NCBI GenBank assembly: GCA_965226375.1
Contig: CBDDCX010000008.1
Coordinates: 928,001 to 992,000 of the forward strand
DNA from: Longimicrobiales bacterium
GTDB lineage: Bacteria > Gemmatimonadota > Gemmatimonadetes > Longimicrobiales > Gaopeijiaceae
Length of the DNA: 64,000 nt
Reading direction: 5' to 3'
A model generated the notes under the pieces. The model worked only from the letters and a program-made list of their open reading frames with translations, ran no database searches and was not told where the DNA came from. Positions 36,987 to 46,986 of the stretch are shown piece by piece. The position numbers and the translations under genes were made by a program. The number at the start of each line of letters is the position of its first letter. The first letter of the stretch is position 1.

Positions 36987-38330
36987 ATGCGGGTCTTATA
37001 TCACACCTTCGGCTGCAAGGCCAACCAGTATGACACCGAGCGTATGCGGCAGGAGCTGGAAGCGCGCGGTGCGCGGACGGTAGAGGGAGATTCTCCGGCC
37101 GACATCTGCGTGGTGAACACCTGCACGGTGACGAACGCGGCGGATGCTGAAGCTCGGCGTTTCATCCGACGCCTCCGGAGGGAGCGACCCGAGGCGAGAG
37201 TGATCGTGGCTGGGTGCTCTGCCGCGCTCAGGACAGCCGAGTACGAGGCGATGGATGGAGTAGAGGCCGTGGTGCCCGGCCACGATCCCCTGGAGTTGGC
37301 CGGTGCCGTGGTGAGCCTCCAGCCGGCGCTGGTTCAGCTGGGCACCCGGCGCGGCTTGGATCGGCTGGACCTGGAGCCGGTCGGCGCGTCCGTGCTGACC
37401 CGCAGAGAAGGAGCCACGAGGGGCTGGCTGAAGATCCAGGACGGCTGTGACCGGCACTGCTCTTTCTGTGCCACCCGGTTGGCCCGGGGCGTGAGTCGAT
37501 CGCGCCTGCCCGACGAAGTGATCCGCGAGGCCTCGGTCCTTTCAGGGCCTCATCCCGAGTTGGTCATCACCGGCATCCACATTGGGCACTACGGGCGTGA
37601 CCTGGATGATGCACTAACGCTCTCGGAGTTGTTGGCCCGTCTTCTCGATCGTGTACCCGATGTGCGCTTTCGCCTGGGCAGCATCGAAGCGACCGAGGTG
37701 GACGACCTCCTGCTGGGGCTGATGGTTGCCTCCGGAGGCCGTGTGGCCCCTCACCTCCACATGCCCCTGCAGAGCGGAGCAGACGCAGTGCTCCGGCGCA
37801 TGCGGCGGTGGCACACGAGGGAGACCTACCGTGCCCGGACGCTCGAGATCGCTTCGAGACTCTCTCGTCTTGGTCTCGGCGCGGACGTGATCGCAGGATT
37901 TCCCGGCGAGACGTCGCAGGATCACGAGGACACCATGCGGCTGGTCGAGGAGCTCCCGTATACCTACCTGCACGTCTTCCCGTACTCTCCCAAGGACGGG
38001 ACCGAGGCCGCCGAACTCCCAAGCCCGGTCCCGCAGAGGATCGCCGGAGAGCGGAGCCGGGAGCTGAGGACGCTGGCTCAGCAAAAGGGTAACTGCTACC
38101 GCAGTGCCCGTTCGGGTGAGTCGGCACAGGTGACGCTCGAGGCAGGGGGACAGGTGGCGCTCACGGGGGACTACCTGCGTGTGGACGCCACGGGGGCGGA
38201 AGCGTTGCATTTGGGACGGTTGTATGGGGGTCGGCTACGGGGCTCCGGCCAAGACCTGTATATTGAGATCGACCCGTCGGCTTCTTCTGACATGGACTTG
38301 TCCCTGCGTTCGCACCTGAGTTCAGTATGA
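36987..38330 (+). CDS. mtaB: tRNA t6A methylthiotransferase MtaB-like radical SAM enzyme
   Basis: TFGCKANQYD, VNTCTVT, KIQDGCDRHCSFC, LHVFPYS. Confidence 0.8.
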   Translation: MRVLYHTFGCKANQYDTERMRQELEARGARTVEGDSPADICVVNTCTVTNAADAEARRFIRRLRRERPEARVIVAGCSAALRTAEYEAMDGVEAVVPGHDPLELAGAVVSLQPALVQLGTRRGLDRLDLEPVGASVLTRREGATRGWLKIQDGCDRHCSFCATRLARGVSRSRLPDEVIREASVLSGPHPELVITGIHIGHYGRDLDDALTLSELLARLLDRVPDVRFRLGSIEATEVDDLLLGLMVASGGRVAPHLHMPLQSGADAVLRRMRRWHTRETYRARTLEIASRLSRLGLGADVIAGFPGETSQDHEDTMRLVEELPYTYLHVFPYSPKDGTEAAELPSPVPQRIAGERSRELRTLAQQKGNCYRSARSGESAQVTLEAGGQVALTGDYLRVDATGAEALHLGRLYGGRLRGSGQDLYIEIDPSASSDMDLSLRSHLSSV

Positions 38331-39709
38331 TCTCGAGACCCCGAAAACGCGCCTACGTCGAAACGTACGGCTGCCAGATGAACATCAGCGATGGAGAGCT
38401 GATGCAGGGCGTCCTCGCTGAGCAGGGCTACGAGATCGCCTCCACGCCGGAAGATGCCGACGTCATTCTCGTGAACACCTGTGCGATCCGCGAACATGCG
38501 GAGAAGCGCGTGCTCGGCAGAGTAGGGCAGCTCCACGGGCTTAAGCGGGAGCGTCCGGACCTGGTGATCGGTGTGACCGGATGTATGGCTCAGCGCATGG
38601 GCCCCGCGCTTCTCGAGCAGGCCCCCTACGTCGATCTCGTCATGGGCCCGGACGGGTACCGCTCCCTTCCCGAAAGACTCGAGGCTCTCGAGGAGGGGCG
38701 TAGGGTTATGCCCTCGCGTTCCGGTAAGAAGCGCGGTCCTCAGCTCGCGGTGCTGGATCTCAACCTCGGCGAGAACTATGAGGGCCTTTCACAGCGCCGG
38801 ACCTCCCGGATCTCCGCGTGGGTGCCGATTCAGCGCGGATGCGATCACAGGTGCACCTTCTGCATCGTCCCCTACGTGCGGGGCCCGGAGAAGAACCGTC
38901 GACCCGAAGAGGTCCTGAGAGAGATCGAGGAGATCGCGGCTTCCGGCATCACCGAAGTAACTCTTCTGGGGCAGACGGTGAACTCCTATCGCTCGGAGGA
39001 GACGTCGTTTCCGGACCTGCTGCGGTCCGTCGCTCGCATAACGGGAATTCGCAGGGTGCGTTTCACCTCGCCTCACCCCAACGACGTGACAGCGGAACTA
39101 CTGGAGGTGATGGCCGAAGAGGCCGCCGTTTGTGAGCAGCTGCACCTGCCTCTGCAGTCGGGGAACGATGGTGTGCTGAAGCGCATGCTGCGCCGCTACA
39201 CTGTGGATAGCTTTCTGGAGAAGGTGGAGTTGGCGCGGCGGGCCCTGCCTGACATCGCCCTATCCGCCGACATCATCGTCGCTTTCCCCGGCGAGTCCCG
39301 GGAGCAGTTCGAGGACACGTTGGAGGTTCTTCGTACGGTGCGCTTCGACGACGCATACACGTACAAGTATTCGCTGCGTGAGGGTACTCCGGCCACTCGT
39401 TTGCCGCTCGAGGATTTTGTCCCCGATGACGAGGCTCAAGCACGCCTCGAGCGACTGATCGAGGTCCATCGCGAGATCCAGGGCGAGATCAACCGGGGTG
39501 AGGTCGGCCGCGTCGAAGAGGTATTGGTCGAAAAGACCGCGCGGGGGCCGGGGCAGATTCTCGGCCGCACGAGACGGAACAAGGTGGTGGCTTTTCAGGG
39601 TGCGCCCGAGCTCATCGCCAGCTATCAGACGGTGACCCTTACGGCCACGACGAACGCCACGTTCGTAGGAGAGTTGTCGGAGGCGTCCGTCATGGTCAGC
39701 CCCTCATGA
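38327..39709 (+). CDS. miaB: tRNA i6A37 methylthiotransferase MiaB
   Basis: TYGCQMN, NTCAIRE, GCDHRCTFC, RFTSPHP, TRAM domain. Confidence 0.94.
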   Translation: MISRPRKRAYVETYGCQMNISDGELMQGVLAEQGYEIASTPEDADVILVNTCAIREHAEKRVLGRVGQLHGLKRERPDLVIGVTGCMAQRMGPALLEQAPYVDLVMGPDGYRSLPERLEALEEGRRVMPSRSGKKRGPQLAVLDLNLGENYEGLSQRRTSRISAWVPIQRGCDHRCTFCIVPYVRGPEKNRRPEEVLREIEEIAASGITEVTLLGQTVNSYRSEETSFPDLLRSVARITGIRRVRFTSPHPNDVTAELLEVMAEEAAVCEQLHLPLQSGNDGVLKRMLRRYTVDSFLEKVELARRALPDIALSADIIVAFPGESREQFEDTLEVLRTVRFDDAYTYKYSLREGTPATRLPLEDFVPDDEAQARLERLIEVHREIQGEINRGEVGRVEEVLVEKTARGPGQILGRTRRNKVVAFQGAPELIASYQTVTLTATTNATFVGELSEASVMVSPS

Positions 39710-40047
39710 GACTAGCTGGACCGCTGGGGGTGTTCGCGGTCCTGGTTGTCTCGATCGTGTTCGCGGCCATAAACGGAGCCCAGCGCGTCACCGTGGATCT
39801 GGGCGTCGCGGTGTTCTACCGTGTGCCGGTGACGGTCGTGGCCTTCGGGGGACTGTTTACGGGCATGGTGGTCATGCTGGTCGCGGGCGTGCACAGCGAC
39901 CTGAAGGTGCGCTCCATCCTGCGGCAGCGACTGGAAACCGAGGATCGTGAGGAGCGCGCCCTGATCGATCGAAGGCAGCAGGATCTCTTTCCCGCGGAGT
40001 CTGCCTTGGGTGAGACACGAGCGGAGGAAGAGGGGGAGGTGTTCTAG
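39706..40047 (+). CDS. Small two-TM membrane protein (LapA/DUF1049-like)
   Basis: FAAIN...VTVDL pattern, two hydrophobic helices, charged tail. Confidence 0.6.
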   Translation: MRLAGPLGVFAVLVVSIVFAAINGAQRVTVDLGVAVFYRVPVTVVAFGGLFTGMVVMLVAGVHSDLKVRSILRQRLETEDREERALIDRRQQDLFPAESALGETRAEEEGEVF

Positions 40048-40083
40048 CCTGATCTCGGCCATTCGGCGGCTCCGCGGTCCTCC

Positions 40084-42390
40084 ATGAGACCCCGGCCGCC
40101 CCCTGTGGCGCTGCTCGCCCTGGCCTTCCTCGCCGGGTGTGCCGCCGTCACCGCCTTCGCCTCCCCGCTCTCCCACCTCCCCTCCCTCACTCCCCTCGCG
40201 TTACTCGTTCTGCCATTCCTTCGCCCCGCGCGTAGGGGCCGGATCACCCTTGCACTGTCGGTGGCCGTCTTGGCCGGTGCCGTTCTCACTCACGCGCGCC
40301 GCGAAGTGGCGGAGGATGATTGTCGTCTCCATCTGTCGGAGGGTGCCTCGGGGACCGTCTCGGGATGGTTCGAGACGGTGCCGGGACCTGGAGCCCGCCC
40401 CTTCCGCCTGGTCGACGGACTGGGATGTCACGGAGAGGTCCGGGTTCTGTGGCGAATGCCGGACTCGGTGAGGTCGGTGGGGGCGGGGCAGCCGGTCGTG
40501 GCCGAGGCACGCTGGCAGCGCTCTTCCCATCCAGAGCCTTCGAGGCCCCAGTTCGCCGGTGTGCTGGTCCTCGACGACGTTCGGGCCCGAACATCGCCTC
40601 TCGGCTTCCGGGTCGCACGTGCGCGTGCCCGGCTTCGTGGCGGTGTCGAGACCTGGCTCAAGCAGCTCTTTCCCGACACCTGGCCCGTAGCCTCGGCCCT
40701 CGTCCTCGCACGGAAAGAGGGGCTGGACCCCGAGGTGCGGGAATCGTTCGCCTTGGCAGGCATTGCGCACCTGCTGGCGATCTCGGGCTTTCATGTGGGC
40801 GTCGTGGCGTTGTTGGTAGGAGTGGTGGTGCGCGGCCTGGGGGTACCGCCGAGACCCGCGCCAGCCGTGGCGACGCTGGTGACCTGGCTGTACGTAGGCT
40901 TCATCGGTTTTCCGGACGCGGCGTCCCGGGCCGCCCTGATCCTCACCCTCGTGTCGATGTCCCGCCTGCGAGCGCGGCCCGCCGGTGCGCTCGGGGCCAT
41001 ATCAAGCGCCCTCTTGATTCTGGTGCTTCAGGATCCCTTTGCTCTGGGGCGGCCGGGGTTTCAGCTCTCGTTTGCCGGTGCGCTCGGGCTCGTGCTAGGC
41101 GCGCCTCCGCTGAGGAGGGCCTTAGGGGTGGGATGGCTCAAGGCGGTTCCGAGGTCTCTTCGAGATGGCGTAGCCGCCGGGGTGGCCGCCACGCTCTTCA
41201 CTCTGCCCTTCGTCGCTTGGCACTTCGGGCGGGTTTCCGTCGTGGGGGTCGTGGTGACCCTGCTGGCCACCCCTCTCGTGGCCGCTGCCATCCCGGGTCT
41301 ACTGGCCACGCTCGCGGCGTATAGCGCCTTTCCGTCGCTCGCCGTCTTCCTTGCGGGCGGAACGGACATCCTTCTCCGGGCCCTGGAAGGTCTCGCCCGC
41401 GGAGCCGGGTCGCTACCAGGCTCATCCGTGTGGGTGGGTAACGCCACGCTGATGGGAGGGGTGGTGGGTGGGCTCCTGGGAGTTGCCTGGGTCCGAGCTA
41501 CGCCGGAGCGGCTGAGACCCTGGGTGAGGCATCTGGTGGTGATACTCGTCATGGTGGCGTGCGCGGGGGCGGCTCCGCTCGTGGAGCGCAGTTTGGGCGT
41601 CGGTACACTCGAGATCGTCTTTTTGAGCGTAGGGCAGTGGGACGCGGTGGCGATCCGCTCTCCGGCGGGGCGGTGGGTCGTCGTGGACACGGGGCCGAGG
41701 GGGCGCTCCTGGGACGCCGGTGCCCGAGTGGTGCTGCCGTATCTCCGGCGGCGCGGGGTGACTCGCCTGGAGGCCTTGGTCTTCACCCACCCGGACCTCG
41801 ATCACATCGGCGGGGGCAAGGTGGTCGCCGACGCCCTCGATCCACGTTTCATCATGGATCCCGCGCAGGCGGCCGGAAAGGACGCGTATGTCGATATCCT
41901 CGAGGTGGCAACGGCCCGAGGGATTCCGTGGATCGAGGCCAGGCGAGGCTTCATGCTGGAGCTCGACGGTGTGCGACTCGAGGTGCTTCATCCCGACGGC
42001 GTTACGGCAACGCCCACTGGCAAGAGTGACGCCAACGCCCAGTCCGTGGTGCTTCTCGTCCGTTACGGGGCCTTCGAGGCTCTCCTTACCGGCGACGCGC
42101 CCACGGAGGTGGAGGAGGGGCTACTGGCCGATCTTCCGGGAGAGCTGGAGCTCCTGAAGGTGGGTCATCACGGATCGAACACGTCCACGTCTGCCGAGCT
42201 TCTGTCCAGAACGTCGCCGGAGGTGGCGGTCATATCGGTCGGGGCCCGAAACCGGTATGGGCATCCGCACGCATCAGTACTACGGCGCCTCGTGGACGCT
42301 GGCGTCCGGGTGTTACGGACCGACCAGAGTGGGCATGTTCGGGTGCGGGCGAGACGCGGAGGTCTCTACCAAGTGGATACACAGTGGTGA
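40084..42390 (+). CDS. comEC: DNA uptake channel ComEC/Rec2
   Basis: HLLAISGFHVG competence domain; metallo-beta-lactamase motifs THPDLDHIGG, KVGHHGS, YGHP. Confidence 0.92.
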   Translation: MRPRPPPVALLALAFLAGCAAVTAFASPLSHLPSLTPLALLVLPFLRPARRGRITLALSVAVLAGAVLTHARREVAEDDCRLHLSEGASGTVSGWFETVPGPGARPFRLVDGLGCHGEVRVLWRMPDSVRSVGAGQPVVAEARWQRSSHPEPSRPQFAGVLVLDDVRARTSPLGFRVARARARLRGGVETWLKQLFPDTWPVASALVLARKEGLDPEVRESFALAGIAHLLAISGFHVGVVALLVGVVVRGLGVPPRPAPAVATLVTWLYVGFIGFPDAASRAALILTLVSMSRLRARPAGALGAISSALLILVLQDPFALGRPGFQLSFAGALGLVLGAPPLRRALGVGWLKAVPRSLRDGVAAGVAATLFTLPFVAWHFGRVSVVGVVVTLLATPLVAAAIPGLLATLAAYSAFPSLAVFLAGGTDILLRALEGLARGAGSLPGSSVWVGNATLMGGVVGGLLGVAWVRATPERLRPWVRHLVVILVMVACAGAAPLVERSLGVGTLEIVFLSVGQWDAVAIRSPAGRWVVVDTGPRGRSWDAGARVVLPYLRRRGVTRLEALVFTHPDLDHIGGGKVVADALDPRFIMDPAQAAGKDAYVDILEVATARGIPWIEARRGFMLELDGVRLEVLHPDGVTATPTGKSDANAQSVVLLVRYGAFEALLTGDAPTEVEEGLLADLPGELELLKVGHHGSNTSTSAELLSRTSPEVAVISVGARNRYGHPHASVLRRLVDAGVRVLRTDQSGHVRVRARRGGLYQVDTQW

Positions 42391-42500
42391 GGTGACCCCC
42401 GAGCCGTGTGCGCGAGTGCGGCGTCGGGGCCCCGCGAAGCCGATCCGCCAGCGGAAGTACGCTCAGGGCGAGGGGCCGGCCGTCGGCGCCGTGCCGGTCG

Positions 42501-42528
42501 TTGACCCCGGCGGGGCCCCCGTTATCTT
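42501..42528 (+). promoter_or_regulatory. Putative sigma70 promoter of fbp
   Basis: TTGACC-N16-TATCTT about 40 nt upstream of the fbp ATG. Confidence 0.45.
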
Positions 42529-42568
42529 GGCCCCACGGCAGTCGCAAACCGACTTCTACCCCGATACC

Positions 42569-43585
42569 ATGCCCGAAAACAGCGTCGTCACCCTCGAACG
42601 GCACATCATCGAAGAGGAACGGAGACGTCCCGAGGCCACCGGAGCCTTCAGCAATATCCTATATGCGCTCACGTTGGCGGCGAAGATCATCTCGAGAGAG
42701 GTGAACAAGGCCGGCATCGTGGACCTTCTCGGGGGTGCGGGCACGGTCAACATCCAGGGAGAGCGCGTCCAGAAGCTGGACCTCTACGCCCAGGACGTGA
42801 TCTACCGGGCCATGGATCACACGGGCACCCTCTGTTGCATGGTATCCGAGGAGTCCGAAGACATCCTGGCCATCCCGGCCGAATTCCCCAAGGGCGACTA
42901 CGTCCTGATCTTCGACCCCCTGGATGGCTCTTCCAACATCGACGTCAACGTCTCCATCGGCACCATCTTCTCCATCCACAAGAAGGTCACCGACGGAGAG
43001 GACGGCACCCTGGCGGACTGTCTGCAGGTCGGTTCCCGGCAGCTGGCGGCGGGATACGTGCTGTACGGCTCGTCCACCATGCTCGTCTATACCAGCGGCC
43101 ACGGGGTGCACGGGTTCACACTCGACCCGTCCATCGGCGAGTTCCTCTTGAGTCACCGGAACATCACCATTCCCGACCCGCCCAACCTGATGTACTCGAT
43201 CAACGAGGCGTACTATCCCCGCTGGTCCAAGGGGCAGCAGCGGTTGATGCAGCACCTCAAGGGCCTCGACGGAGAATCGACGCCCTCCTACAGCTCCCGA
43301 TATATCGGTTCGCTGGTGGCCGACTTCCACAGAACGCTGCTCAAGGGCGGGATTTTCATGTATCCGGCTGACAGCAGGGCGCCCGGAGGCAAACTGCGGC
43401 TCCTTTACGAGGCCGCGCCGATGGCGATGATCTGTGAACAGGCCGGTGGGAGGGCCTCCGACGGGAAGAATCGCGTTCTGGACCTCACTCCGGAGTCGCT
43501 GCACGCGAGAACCCCACTGTACTTGGGATCCAGAGACATTGTGACCATGGCCGAACGATATTTGGCCGAACCATCAGAAATCTGA
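42569..43585 (+). CDS. fbp: Class 1 fructose-1,6-bisphosphatase
   Basis: DPLDGSSNID, RYIGSLVADFHR, GKLRLLYEA. Confidence 0.96.
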   Translation: MPENSVVTLERHIIEEERRRPEATGAFSNILYALTLAAKIISREVNKAGIVDLLGGAGTVNIQGERVQKLDLYAQDVIYRAMDHTGTLCCMVSEESEDILAIPAEFPKGDYVLIFDPLDGSSNIDVNVSIGTIFSIHKKVTDGEDGTLADCLQVGSRQLAAGYVLYGSSTMLVYTSGHGVHGFTLDPSIGEFLLSHRNITIPDPPNLMYSINEAYYPRWSKGQQRLMQHLKGLDGESTPSYSSRYIGSLVADFHRTLLKGGIFMYPADSRAPGGKLRLLYEAAPMAMICEQAGGRASDGKNRVLDLTPESLHARTPLYLGSRDIVTMAERYLAEPSEI

Positions 43586-43671
43586 GGGTCGTCGGGTTTC
43601 TGAGGCTTTTTTGGTGGGGTCGGGATGGTCGCAAACCCTTATAAACGCTGGATTATTCCCGAATCAAGTTG

Positions 43672-43687
43672 TGGCATCATCCTTGCA
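43672..43687 (+). promoter_or_regulatory. Sigma54 (-24/-12) promoter
   Basis: TGGCAT-CATCC-TTGCA matches TGGCAC-N5-TTGCW with exact spacing, ~75 nt upstream of ATG 43762. Confidence 0.7.
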
Positions 43688-43761
43688 ATTTCGGCCCCTC
43701 GGATTCTTGCGCTCTGCCTTTCCGGGCGAGCGAACTACACCTCCATACTGGAGAGTTCTCA

Positions 43762-46700
43762 ATGAAGTTGCTTCGTTTTGCAGCCATCGCGTTGCTCGCG
43801 ACCATCCGATGGTCGCCTGTGATGACGATGATGACACGGGCACGACGCCGCCCCCAGTCGCCGCAACCGGGACCATCAGTGGTGCGGTCACGGTTGAAGG
43901 CGCGGGGCTGGCCGGCGTGACCGTCAGCATGGTGGGTGCCACCTCCGCGTCGGCATCGACCGGTGCGGATGGTTCCTACTCGTTCACTAACGTCCCGGCT
44001 GGGACGTACGGCGTACAGATTGCCGGCGTCTCCCTCGACGTGACCTTTTCCACAACGTCTCAGGTCGTCACGGTCACGGGTGGTCAGACGAGTACTGCCA
44101 GTTTCAGCGGTAACTACATCCGCACGGCGAGCATCCGCGGTAGCATCACCGCCGGAAGCACGGGCATCGTGGCTACGGTGTCTCTCGCCGGTACGGGCAT
44201 GCTAAGCGGTGTGTCCGCTTCCGGAACCTCGGACACGAACGGTGACTTCGAGTTCACCGGTCTGCGGGCCGGCGACTACACGGTTACGGTCTCCGACTTC
44301 GGTTCGGCTGAGATCCCGGTCACCTCGCGTGACGTGACGGTGGCCACGGGCCAGAGCGCCAGCGTGACCTTCGTCGGCACGGTCGAGGAAGTCACCACGG
44401 CCGCTACGGTCACGATCTCGTCGATCACGGTCAGTGGTACGGCCGGCGCGACGGTCATTCCGGGCGCTGTCGTCGGATCCATCGACGTGAACCTCACCAT
44501 CAGCGAGGGCACGGCGACGCTCGTCTCGGCCTCCGTGCTTCTGGACGGCGAGGTCGTGGGCACGCAGACGTTCTCAACGGGTGCCCCGGCTGAGGAAGGT
44601 CCTGATGCTGCCGAGCGCACGGCGACCATCCAGATCAATACGGCTGCCTGCGGAGTGGCTCCGGGAACGATCTGCGGTATTGGCAATGGCGATCCCACGC
44701 ACTCGAGTGGTGCCCACGTCGTCACTGCCGAGGTGGTGACCAGTGACGGCGCCACGGCCTCGGCCTCCCAGAGCACCAATCTGACGTTCGCCAATGCGGA
44801 CCTCTTGATCGGCACCCTTTCGATGATGAATACGGCCGTGAGCGCCACCAGCCAGCTTTGGGGAGCCGGAGACGCAACCGTCGGCGTTACTCCTGTGGCC
44901 TATTCGGGGAAAACGGTGGGTTCCATTATGGTGACTCTCGTCCAGACCCCCGGTGCTCCGGTTACGACGACCGCAGTGACTGAAGACACCGCCCCGTTCA
45001 CCTTCGTGTTCTCTTCCGACACCGGTGACGAACTGGACGGTTGGCAGACTGACGCTGCAGACCCCGACGCGCTGAACATCACCGCTGCGGCCTACACGGA
45101 CGGCAGTGGGTTCGCGCTCGGAAACGGCGGTGATCCGAACGCGTTTGCGAAGATCAACAATTCTTCCCCGGCGCTCGCGCTGTTCGACAACATTCCGCCG
45201 TCCCTCGAGACTGCGGGAGACGGCGGATTCTTCGCGCTTCCTGACGCCGTGGAGACTGTGGATGAAGTCGAGGACATCAACCTTTGCTGTGACAACAACT
45301 GGGTTACGTCCGGCTTCGAGTTCGACAATGCGCTCGGAGACATTGAGGATGACGACGTTGACGGTCCCGGCGCGGGTGAGCCCGGTGTCGGTGGCATCGT
45401 CGTTACGTTCCATGCGGGTGATGCGGACGACGACTGGGACGAGGACACAGCCATGGAAGACTTCCCCCATGGTGATACGCCGGGGGATGCCGGGCTGGAG
45501 CAGAGCCTGCTGAGCACGGACTTCCAGCTCTGGGTCGGTCTCACGGACGCGTTGGGCAACGTTAGCTATACAGCGCTCGAGGCCAGCGCCGGTACGAACG
45601 CCGCCGACTTCTTCGGCATCGACGATACGCCCGCTGATTTCGACTTGGCCGGCGTGGCCGATATGACCATCTACAACGGAGTTTCCGGAACTAGTGGAGA
45701 CGGAATCGAGTTCACCTCCGTCATTGAGGACGTTCCCGGATTCGGCGACGCTCCGGTCTCTGGTTGGATGACGGTCGAGCCCGAGGTGGGTGACGGACCG
45801 TTCGTCATCGCTGAAGACGAAGAAGACGGCGGTCCGGTGAACCTGCCGCTGTTGACAGATGCGTGTGGCGCAACGGAGCCCCTGGCTCTGAATATCACGG
45901 GCGACAACTCCGCGTTCTGCATTCCGGATGGCACCGCCGGGCCCGAAGACGGCCTGTACACGTTCGGTGGTACGCTCTTCAGCGCGTCGGGAGCCACGAC
46001 AGACGAGGAGATCATTCGCCTCTACCAGGATCTGACGGATCCCGAGATCACCGCGAACGTCTCTCCGTCGCCAGTGCTCGAGGGTGGAGACAACGCGACG
46101 TTCAGCGGTGGAGTGAGTGACAACCTCGATCTCGCGTCAGCGGCCTTCACGTTCGACTTCGACAACGACGCCGTTTGGATTCCCTTCAGCGATCCTGCCG
46201 CGATTGGTGACGACGACCCGTTCGTGGGAGCCTGGATAGATGCGGCCAACCCAGCCGTGACGCTGCCGTTCGTCGCGGGTCTGGAAAAGGTGACCGCCGA
46301 TGATCCGGACGGTACCATGGACATCATCACGAACGTGCGGATCATCGCCACGGACCCGGCCGGCAACATTTCCGCGGCTGCGTCGAACAACATCATTGCC
46401 AATACGGTCAACGGTGGCACCCCACCTGTATCCTACGGTGCAGGCGGCATCGACGCGGAGATCGGTGACGGCGTTGGTGGGGCAGGCTGGTTGATGGTGT
46501 CTCCGGCGGCCAACACCGAGATCTGTAACGGTGTGGGTGATCCGGACGAGACCACCGAGGTTTGCGAAGACGTAACGATCGACGCCAACGAGTCGTTGGA
46601 CCTCGAGTTAGAGGTCAGTGGCCCGTCGGGAACCTTCTCGAACCCGTTCCTGAGCGGAACCATCTTCTTCTACTTGAAGCACCCCGTGAGCACCGAGAAT

Positions 46701-46919
46701 GTCCTTCTCGGCAGCGTCCTAGCCAACTCGGCAGCGCTGACGGATGATGGAGACGATCGCACGTATGCATGGGACCTCACGCTCCAGGCGTCTGACGTCG
46801 ATGGCTTCGCCGTTGCAGCGGACGCCTTTGTGGTGTTCGCGATCGGCGTAAACGCGGATGGCCTGGGCCTTCGCCTGGCCGACGTGTCGCTCGACGTAGT
46901 CGACGGCGCGATTCCGTAG
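43762..46919 (+). CDS. Large acidic surface lipoprotein with carboxypeptidase-regulatory-like/Ig-like domains (1-nt frameshift near 43806)
   Basis: RBS GGAG, then MKLLRFAAIALLATI in one frame and PMVACDDDDD... in another; adding one C at ATCCG restores a lipoprotein signal; T/D/G/A-rich beta-sandwich repeats. Confidence 0.8.
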
Positions 46920-46942
46920 CCAATCACCCGCTTCGGCGGACC

Positions 46943-46983
46943 AACCCCCCGCCCGGCTTCGGCCGGGCGGGGGTTTTTCTTTT
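46943..46983 (+). terminator. Rho-independent terminator (intron target)
   Basis: CCCCCGCCCGGC-TTCG-GCCGGGCGGGGG stem-loop followed by a T-tract. Confidence 0.92.
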
Positions 46984-46986
46984 GTG

